Assembly: GCA_964408485.1 (NCBI GenBank)
Contig: CAYOZJ010000001.1
Coordinates: forward strand, 28,366-92,365
Source of the DNA: an uncultured Gammaproteobacteria bacterium
GTDB lineage: Bacteria > Patescibacteriota > Microgenomatia > Levybacterales > UBA12049
DNA length: 64,000 nt
Direction: 5' to 3'
Under the pieces are notes generated by a model. It worked only from the letters and a program-made list of their open reading frames with translations. It ran no database searches and was not told the DNA's origin. The position numbers were made by a program, and so were the translations under genes. Shown piece by piece: positions 57,312 to 64,000 of this stretch; within the stretch, counting starts at the first letter, position 1; every line of letters begins with the position of its first letter.

Positions 57312-57979
57312 GCTTTTTGTTGTGTCTTTCTAAATTGTGCAATAAGAAAACATACAAAAAGAAGGAAAAAAAGTGCCACAGAAATACTAATATCTATGGG
57401 TAATGCCTTAAAGCGAATAGTAAGAAAGCTTGATATAAGAAAAGCCACATTAACAACAAAAAGACTAATGAGTGCTGCAGATCCATCTTTCCAAGAAAAT
57501 GTATTAGATAATTTTTGCAGTAAGATAAAAAGAATAAGCAAAACGCATGCTTCTATTCCAAATCCAGCGGCAAGGAAAAAGTCTTTTCTGTAAAGCACCT
57601 CCCCTGCCCTCCCAGCAAAAAACATAACTGTGGATAAAAGAAAAGACAAGGTGAAAATATCAAACAACTTTCCCAAAGGGAATTTTTTTCTCATGGCAAA
57701 AAGATACAACACGCTACATCCTCCGAAAAGAAGACCACTCGCAGTAAGTCCTGGAAAATACGGAATAATAAAAAAAACAAAAGGGTTTAAAAAATTCAAT
57801 GAAAAATGTGTTAGAGCGTAAAAAAGTCGTGAGAAGAAAAGTCCACCAAGTCCAACAAAAAATGCGATATCAAAAATGGTTTGTGGTGTAACATTTCGAC
57901 GAAGCAAAACAAAATCATCTTTTGAAAAAACAAAAAGACAAAATAAAAATACGATGATACAAAGCGCAAGAGTAATCAT
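57308..57979 (-). CDS. Lgt-like membrane protein
   Basis: SRLFY, PGL...GLLFGG, D...GR pattern; 7 TM segments. Confidence 0.5.
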   Translation of the reverse strand: MITLALCIIVFLFCLFVFSKDDFVLLRRNVTPQTIFDIAFFVGLGGLFFSRLFYALTHFSLNFLNPFVFFIIPYFPGLTASGLLFGGCSVLYLFAMRKKFPLGKLFDIFTLSFLLSTVMFFAGRAGEVLYRKDFFLAAGFGIEACVLLILFILLQKLSNTFSWKDGSAALISLFVVNVAFLISSFLTIRFKALPIDISISVALFFLLFVCFLIAQFRKTQQKA

Positions 57980-59235
57980 GAATGTTTTGTTAGTAAGCGA
58001 ATTATACCAATAATGCCAACACTTATCCCAAGTACCATAAGGACTGCTGCCACACCATAAATATCTGCCAACGATCCAACAATAACAATCGGAAGTAACG
58101 AGAGAAGCGATATGAGCGAGTTAAGCGCACCGTATATTTTCCCCCGTACTTCGTCATTTGTTTCTTCCTGAATAAGCGTATTTGCTGGCACAAACATAAA
58201 TGCATTTGCAAGTCCCGAAAAGAAGGCAAGGATCGCCATAAAGTGAATTTGCGTAAATTGGAGAAATGGTGGAACCTGCGTATTGTATGGTTTTATATGA
58301 GACACCACTTCCCCACCAAAAGGCAAAAGAAAAAGCGCTAAGGCTGTTGTGAAGATACCAACATTAATAATTGTTTCTTTAGAAACGTGATGGAAATAAT
58401 TTGTTAACACAAAGGCGCCAACCCCCATACCTACCGCAGCAGGTAAAACAAATAACAATGGAAAACTACTTACGGGAATTTTAAGAATATGCGTTGCAAA
58501 TCCTGGCCCAATAACCGCAATAACTAACACTAAGATTTGTGAAATTGCTAAAAGCAAAAATGAATGAGATATTTTTCTGCTCGCAAAAATGATATGAATT
58601 GCCGATGTAATTTCTCCCCCAATAGTAAGTGTTTTTGCTTTTTTGGATTGTTTTTTTACTTCTTGAGATCGTTTGATAAGACTGGAAAAAATACTAGCGA
58701 GCAAAAACATTCCTGTTAATGCAAAAAAGACATTACTCTGTCCAAAGAAAATAAGAAGTGGTCCAGACAAAGCATAGGCAATAAGAAGTGATCCATAAAA
58801 TGCAATCCCAAAAAGTGCATTGGCCGATAACAACAATTTTTTATCAACAAGAAGTGGAATCATTGGCGTTTCAGCAGGAATAAAAAATTGCGTTGCTGTT
58901 GCAACGGCAAACGTAAGTATATATACACCGATCAAACTACTGTGCATATACGCAAGGATTAAAAGAATGATTGCGCGTACAATATTCGTTATAGTCAATA
59001 CATGTTTTTTGTCCTGATGGTCAACAAATACTCCTGCAAAAATGCCAAAGAGAATTGCTGGGAGTAAAAAGGCAATCATAATCCCCGACACCGCTGTATT
59101 CGAATTCGTTAAGGAAAAAACAACCAAAAGAAGAATGAAATTTGTCATATTGGAAGCAATTTGTGAGAGAACTTCGGCAAGCCAGAGGAATAAAAATGGT
59201 CTATTCTTAAGAGATGCAAAGAGATGATTTTCCAT
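57976..59235 (-). CDS. MFS transporter
   Basis: NRPFLFLW, AGVFVD..DKK, RGKIYG; 12 TM segments. Confidence 0.9.
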   Translation of the reverse strand: MENHLFASLKNRPFLFLWLAEVLSQIASNMTNFILLLVVFSLTNSNTAVSGIMIAFLLPAILFGIFAGVFVDHQDKKHVLTITNIVRAIILLILAYMHSSLIGVYILTFAVATATQFFIPAETPMIPLLVDKKLLLSANALFGIAFYGSLLIAYALSGPLLIFFGQSNVFFALTGMFLLASIFSSLIKRSQEVKKQSKKAKTLTIGGEITSAIHIIFASRKISHSFLLLAISQILVLVIAVIGPGFATHILKIPVSSFPLLFVLPAAVGMGVGAFVLTNYFHHVSKETIINVGIFTTALALFLLPFGGEVVSHIKPYNTQVPPFLQFTQIHFMAILAFFSGLANAFMFVPANTLIQEETNDEVRGKIYGALNSLISLLSLLPIVIVGSLADIYGVAAVLMVLGISVGIIGIIRLLTKHS

Positions 59236-59288
59236 GCTGTACAAGTATATCACTGCACACAACGTCTGTCAGCAGATTGTAATAGAAG

Positions 59289-59843
59289 TTATACACGTTC
59301 TGTATAAGCACCTGTCCTTGTATCCACCCTAACTGTATCCCCTACGTTAATGAAGAGGGGTACTTTTGTTGAAAGTCCATTTTCGAGTGTTGCTTCTTTG
59401 AAAACATTCGATGCAGAATTACCCTTAACACCTGGTGCAGTATCGGTAACTTTTAAGTCAACTTTTGGCGGCATAAGCAAAGAAAGTGCTTCCGTATCTC
59501 TAAAAGAAACTGGATAATTTTGTCCTTCTTTGAGGAAAGCTGCTTCAGGCAGAATATTTAGCGCAATAGTAACTTGCTCAAAGCTAACTGGATCCATAAA
59601 GTATGCACTATCTCCATCTTGGTATAAGTATTGCATTTCCCGCTTTAAGACAGATACATCTTGTACTTTTTGGCCATTAACATAGCCTTTCTCTGAAATA
59701 CTTCCTGTGCGAAGATTCTTTACTTTTACTTTAATCGTAGCGCTCCCTCTTCCCATTTTAACGTGCTCAAAGGATACTACCTGGAGTAAATTGCCATATT
59801 CCTCATAAATTGCACCCTGGCGAAGGTCATTTACTGAAATCAT
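59289..59843 (-). CDS. efp: elongation factor P
   Basis: HVKMGRGSA, PGVKGNS, VPLFI, DTRTGAY. Confidence 0.97.
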   Translation of the reverse strand: MISVNDLRQGAIYEEYGNLLQVVSFEHVKMGRGSATIKVKVKNLRTGSISEKGYVNGQKVQDVSVLKREMQYLYQDGDSAYFMDPVSFEQVTIALNILPEAAFLKEGQNYPVSFRDTEALSLLMPPKVDLKVTDTAPGVKGNSASNVFKEATLENGLSTKVPLFINVGDTVRVDTRTGAYTERV

Positions 59844-59884
59844 AAAGACAATTATACTGTTTTGAACTGAGATTTTCCAGTGGG

Positions 59885-60127
59885 CTATGGTCTTCCATTT
59901 TCTGGATCACTTAACCATATATTTAGTAAGGTTCGTTCAAGGCGCATATCCTCAACATCGCTTGTCAATTCTTCAGGAGTTGAAAAACCTCTATCGCCTC
60001 TTGCCCGCCTCGCTACTGCTCTTTCATGTACTCGATTATGATGCGCAGCTGCAACCTCACCTAATAGCCTTCCGGCATCTCGTGGGGTTATTGCTGATAT
60101 TCCGTGTCGTGTTCGATCCGCTGTCAT
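59885..60127 (-). CDS. small Arg-rich orphan protein
   Basis: 80 aa between pepN and efp. Confidence 0.55.
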   Translation of the reverse strand: MTADRTRHGISAITPRDAGRLLGEVAAAHHNRVHERAVARRARGDRGFSTPEELTSDVEDMRLERTLLNIWLSDPENGRP

Positions 60128-60148
60128 AGAGGGAGAATACCAAGGGGT

Positions 60149-62692
60149 TTATTGTTTGTCAAGATATTTCTCAATCGCTTCTCTATCCCGCTTTGCCCAA
60201 TCAAGATTTGATTCAATTTGCTCTTTTACTTGTCTCATGGCTTTATCGAGTTTGGGATATGGATGAGAGGTAAAAAATGCAAAAATGTCTTTTGCCAAAG
60301 TCTCATCTACAATGCTTGCTGCACCGTCAATAATCCAATCCATTTCTATTCCTTCCATTCTCTCTAATAATTCGTCCCAATGATCTTTTACAAATTGCCA
60401 TGTTACCTGCCATCCTTTTTTATTTCCAAAACTTATCACTAAAAATCGTCCGATATCCTGTGTCCTGACATGTTCTGACAAAGAAAAATCTAAGGCCTTC
60501 TTAATGATATTTGGATCTTCAAATAAACACATTGCGTTACCAATTCTATTTTTTTCTGAAGATAATTCTTCTTTGATATAGAGATTTTTAAGAATTTCAA
60601 ATTCTTTTTCTCCACTATTCTCTGCTGTAATGACATACACAATACCACGAACATCGGTGTCAACAGTACTTTTATCTTTAACTGCCTTCTCAAATAATTC
60701 TTTTGCTTTTGCTATTGTCTCTTTATCTTTATACATCCCAAGAGATGAAAGAATGGTGCTTCGTAGTAGAATATCTTCATGTAAATCACCAGCTTTTTTC
60801 TCCCACCCAACTCTTTTACCAACTTCTGAAAAAATACTGCACGCATATGACGCAAATTGTTTTTCTGAATTTTCTGTATCTAATATGTTTTCAACTTTCC
60901 CCAATTTTCCAGCTAAACTTGCCCAGACAATGTAGGAAGTTTCATTTTTATATGATTTTGCCAGTTCTAATGCCTTAACGACAGAGGAATATCCACTTTC
61001 TGCAGAGTCAAATGCATCACGAATAATTCCCATTCTATCAACACTAGGAAGAAGTTTTCCTTCAATTGGTTGTTTTAACACCGAGTAGAGCGCTTCATCA
61101 TAAACTGTTCTAGCAAAACTGGTTTCACCCACATTTAGCTTTATCCATGATGGAGTTTTTGCAAACTCTGTTGATTTTTTATCGAGAAGCAATGTCTCTT
61201 CTTTTCCATCCATACTACTTTTTAGAGGTACAGACCACACTGTTGTATCTTTTGACTGTTTACGGGAAATTGCATTGCTAAAGAATCTCTCCTGCGTAAT
61301 ATGCAGTTTTTCACCAAAACTTTTTACAGAAAGAATTGGATAACCAGGCTTTTGTGTAAAGGTACGCATAATATGGGTCACCTGCTTACCAGACACTTTC
61401 TCTAACGCAATCCACAAATCCTCTGTTTCTGCATTGCCATATGAATGCTTTTTTAAATAATGTCGTAGTCCTTCACGAAAATCCTTTTCACCTAAATAGG
61501 TTGCCACCATTTGAATAATGCTTGCTCCTTTTGAGTAGCTTACTTCATCAAAGTTTTCAGAAATCTTCTCTACACTTGTTATTTTTGATTGAATTGGGTG
61601 GGTATTTTCAAGACTATCCAGCCCCATTGCTCTATTATGGTCTAGTACTGCAAACTGCTCCCACACTTTCCATTCAGGGAAGAATTTGTCCATCCCCGCA
61701 TATTCCATGTAGGATGCAAATCCTTCATTAAGCCACAGGTCTTCCCACCACTTCATGGTAACTAAATTACCAAACCACATGTGTGTTAATTCATGCGCAA
61801 TAACTGTTGCAACCCATTGCTTGTTAGCAGCAGAGGTCTGCTCGGAGTCAACAAGAATTGCTACTTCGCGAGCGGTAATTGCTCCCCAATTTTCCATTGC
61901 TCCTGCGTCAAAATCAGGAATAGCAATAAGATCCATAACAGGAAGTGGATATTTAATGTCAAAATATTCCTCATAGAATGGCAACATTTTTACTGTTGTA
62001 CTTAGTGCAAATTGCGCTTGTGATTTTTTCCCAGGAGTTACATATACCCGCACCCTAATTCCACTTGTCGTTGTATCTTCAAGGTATTCAAATTCACCAA
62101 CAATAAATGCCAATGCATAGGTAGCCATTTTGGGAGTTGGGGAAAATGTAACTGTCTTGTATCCATTCTCATGCTCAACAGTATGCGTATCCACTGTATT
62201 AGAAATTGCAGTCAAGTGGCTTGGGATCATAAGGGAAATAGTAAAAATAGCTTTTGCCAATGGATCATCTATAGATGGAAAAACTTCCCGAGCGCCAATT
62301 TCTTCAAATTGTGTTGTTGCTAAATGTCTTGTCTCTCCATTTACAGAATAAGCACTCTTGTACCAACCTTTGAGTTTTTCTCCAATTACTCCTTTGAAAA
62401 CCAGTTGGACTTTGTGTTGACCTTTTTCAATACCTTTTGAAAAATGCAAAACAACTGCCATTTCTTTTTCTTTATAGGAAATTTCTGCTTCTATTTGCTT
62501 CTCCCCTTCCAAAAGCACTGCTTTTGTAACCTCGACATTTTTTGCATGAAGCAAAATGTCTTGTGTAGGTTTTTCTAAAGAAAATGTAATGGTTTCTTCC
62601 CCTGTAAAAGTAAATGCCTGCATATCAGGCTTAAGAAGAATGTCGTATTCTAAGGGTTTTATAATGTGGAGCAATCTGTCTTCTAGATTCAT
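60149..62692 (-). CDS. pepN: M1 family aminopeptidase
   Basis: GAMENWG, HELTH, WLNEGFA, YSKG. Confidence 0.95.
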   Translation of the reverse strand: MNLEDRLLHIIKPLEYDILLKPDMQAFTFTGEETITFSLEKPTQDILLHAKNVEVTKAVLLEGEKQIEAEISYKEKEMAVVLHFSKGIEKGQHKVQLVFKGVIGEKLKGWYKSAYSVNGETRHLATTQFEEIGAREVFPSIDDPLAKAIFTISLMIPSHLTAISNTVDTHTVEHENGYKTVTFSPTPKMATYALAFIVGEFEYLEDTTTSGIRVRVYVTPGKKSQAQFALSTTVKMLPFYEEYFDIKYPLPVMDLIAIPDFDAGAMENWGAITAREVAILVDSEQTSAANKQWVATVIAHELTHMWFGNLVTMKWWEDLWLNEGFASYMEYAGMDKFFPEWKVWEQFAVLDHNRAMGLDSLENTHPIQSKITSVEKISENFDEVSYSKGASIIQMVATYLGEKDFREGLRHYLKKHSYGNAETEDLWIALEKVSGKQVTHIMRTFTQKPGYPILSVKSFGEKLHITQERFFSNAISRKQSKDTTVWSVPLKSSMDGKEETLLLDKKSTEFAKTPSWIKLNVGETSFARTVYDEALYSVLKQPIEGKLLPSVDRMGIIRDAFDSAESGYSSVVKALELAKSYKNETSYIVWASLAGKLGKVENILDTENSEKQFASYACSIFSEVGKRVGWEKKAGDLHEDILLRSTILSSLGMYKDKETIAKAKELFEKAVKDKSTVDTDVRGIVYVITAENSGEKEFEILKNLYIKEELSSEKNRIGNAMCLFEDPNIIKKALDFSLSEHVRTQDIGRFLVISFGNKKGWQVTWQFVKDHWDELLERMEGIEMDWIIDGAASIVDETLAKDIFAFFTSHPYPKLDKAMRQVKEQIESNLDWAKRDREAIEKYLDKQ

Positions 62693-62767
62693 AGGAATAA
62701 TTTGTTGAACTGAGTGTAGCTAAAAGTATATAATATGAAAGCTGAAAACGAAAGACTCAGCTTACCC

Positions 62768-62890
62768 GGGCGAGTGGTGGAATGCGAAGTCCGCCGACCA
62801 ATTTTGGCATGAGGCGTATTCGAATAGAATTGAAATCCGATTCAATCGGATTGAAAAGCCGAATGCGAAAATAAGGCGGGGTAGACACGC
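62768..62890 (+). pseudogene. tRNA-Leu 5' fragment with a ~96-nt structured insert in the D-loop
   Basis: GGGCGAGTGGTGGAAT [insert] GGTAGACACGC; no anticodon or T arm follows. Confidence 0.6.
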
Positions 62891-62947
62891 GGAGCGAAAA
62901 GGATTTGTTGATCAGATTCAATTAGTAAGTTTAAATAAAGAATATTA

Positions 62948-63034
62948 GGGCAAGTGGCGGAATGGTATACGCGTCAGTCTCAAAAACTGATGGTTATAAT
63001 GACTATGAGGGTTCGAGTCCCTCCTTGCCCACCA
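62948..63034 (+). tRNA. tRNA-Leu(CAA), CCA encoded
   Basis: acceptor GGGCAAG/CTTGCCC; TCAGT-ctCAAaa-ACTGA; long variable arm; GGTTCGAGTCC. Confidence 0.95.
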
Positions 63035-63041
63035 GAATAAT

Positions 63042-63635
63042 TTATTTTCCTCCGCCTCCACCCGGAATTGGTCCTGGTCTTTTAACACCCCGTCCAAAAC
63101 CTCTTGGATCTGCCCATCTTGGTGCATTTATTGGTGCATTTGGATCTCCATGTTCATATACACGAGGTCTTCTATCGGCTGGACCAGCTGGTTGGTTTCC
63201 GTTCAGATAATCTGTCCCACCTCCTGGTCCATGACGTAAAGGCTTAAGTCTTCCATGGGTTTGGGCATATTGAGTTGGCGTCATTCCATTATCAACTTGT
63301 GATGGAGAAGGATATCTTGGTTTCCTTAAAAGGAAAGGCAATTTAGAAAAAAATTTCTCCCTGGATTCATTGCCTCTTCTTCTAGAAATTTCTGCTTTTC
63401 TTTCTTCTCTTTCCTCTGGAGTTCGATACCGAACATCATCAATCTGTTGATTCAACGCCTCCTGTTGAACTCTTCTACGATCAGTTGGGCTTAACCTACC
63501 AAGTCGCTTTTCTGCTAAGTGTTTTTCCTCTTGGTAAGGATCATAAAAAAGATAATTCTTATTTTCCCTTTCTAATTGATCCAGATATTCTGTTGCTTCT
63601 CGTTTTACCTGATCTTCTGTTAATCTTTCTACCAC
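63042..63635 (-). CDS. hypothetical Arg/Glu/Pro/Gly-rich protein
   Basis: 197-aa ORF with TATAAT just upstream. Confidence 0.6.
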   Translation of the reverse strand: MVERLTEDQVKREATEYLDQLERENKNYLFYDPYQEEKHLAEKRLGRLSPTDRRRVQQEALNQQIDDVRYRTPEEREERKAEISRRRGNESREKFFSKLPFLLRKPRYPSPSQVDNGMTPTQYAQTHGRLKPLRHGPGGGTDYLNGNQPAGPADRRPRVYEHGDPNAPINAPRWADPRGFGRGVKRPGPIPGGGGGK

Positions 63636-63721
63636 AGCACTATTATACTCCTGACCGTCAAATCAGGCTAAATACAATAAATCCCGGACGTGCCGGGATT
63701 TATATAATGCAAGAGACTAGC

Positions 63722-64000
63722 TTACGCCTTTTTTCCCATTGCATCGAGTTTTGCTTCTATTCTATCTAGACTATCAAGAATTTCATTCAAAACATCTTCT
63801 GCATAGGAATAGTCATCTTCTCCTGCTGGCTTTTTATGCTCTGGCATAGGAGCAACAGGCATTGGTGCAGATGCTAAATCTGCCATTGGATTAACTGCTG
63901 GTGCAGGCATAGCAGGCTCTGGTGCTACTTGCATAGGTTCTGGCATAACAGGCGCTGGTGGCGGTGGTGTCATTCCTGCAACGTCGCTCATACTATTCAT
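63722..64000 (-). CDS. Pro/Ala/Met-rich hypothetical protein, possibly 5'-truncated
   Basis: ORF reaches the window edge; helical C-terminus AEDVLNEILDSLDRIEAKL. Confidence 0.6.
   Translation of the reverse strand: MNSMSDVAGMTPPPPAPVMPEPMQVAPEPAMPAPAVNPMADLASAPMPVAPMPEHKKPAGEDDYSYAEDVLNEILDSLDRIEAKLDAMGKKA

Overview
AT-rich bacterial chromosome segment read with genetic code 11. Gene content (short ThrRS and PheT, a complete type IV pilus cluster, a single Xer-like recombinase, many small orphan ORFs, almost no biosynthesis genes) suggests a Patescibacteria/CPR genome, probably Microgenomates-like; this is inference. The backbone is thrS-infC-rpmI-rplT-pheS-pheT, a class A PBP, tyrS, recG-rpmF-nusB-rnc-rpsP-khpA-trmD, a 17-kb minus-strand type IV pilus locus with two GT-C-type glycosyltransferases, holB, gyrB-ppa-gyrA, folD, xer, yebC, a RluA-family gene, efp, pepN, tRNA-Val(GAC) and tRNA-Leu(CAA). 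The main signal missed by the ORF track is five ribosome-mediated attenuators (Ile, Phe, Thr, Phe and Tyr leader peptides, each with an antiterminator/terminator pair). Three precede thrS, pheST and an aminotransferase-tyrS unit; two control only tiny orphan proteins. A sixth, pyrL-like leader precedes a very divergent GTP-cyclohydrolase-II-fold gene. Also seen: a 28-bp dif-like site whose arms recur over the xer promoter, a ~750-nt ORF-free structured region, a ~100-nt covarying element in two copies (one inside a tRNA-Leu fragment), palindromic repeats translated in frame inside RecG, an AlkA-family protein, TrmD and RluA, and heptamer arrays inside prepilin leader peptides. All calls were made by eye from motifs; no searches or folding were run.
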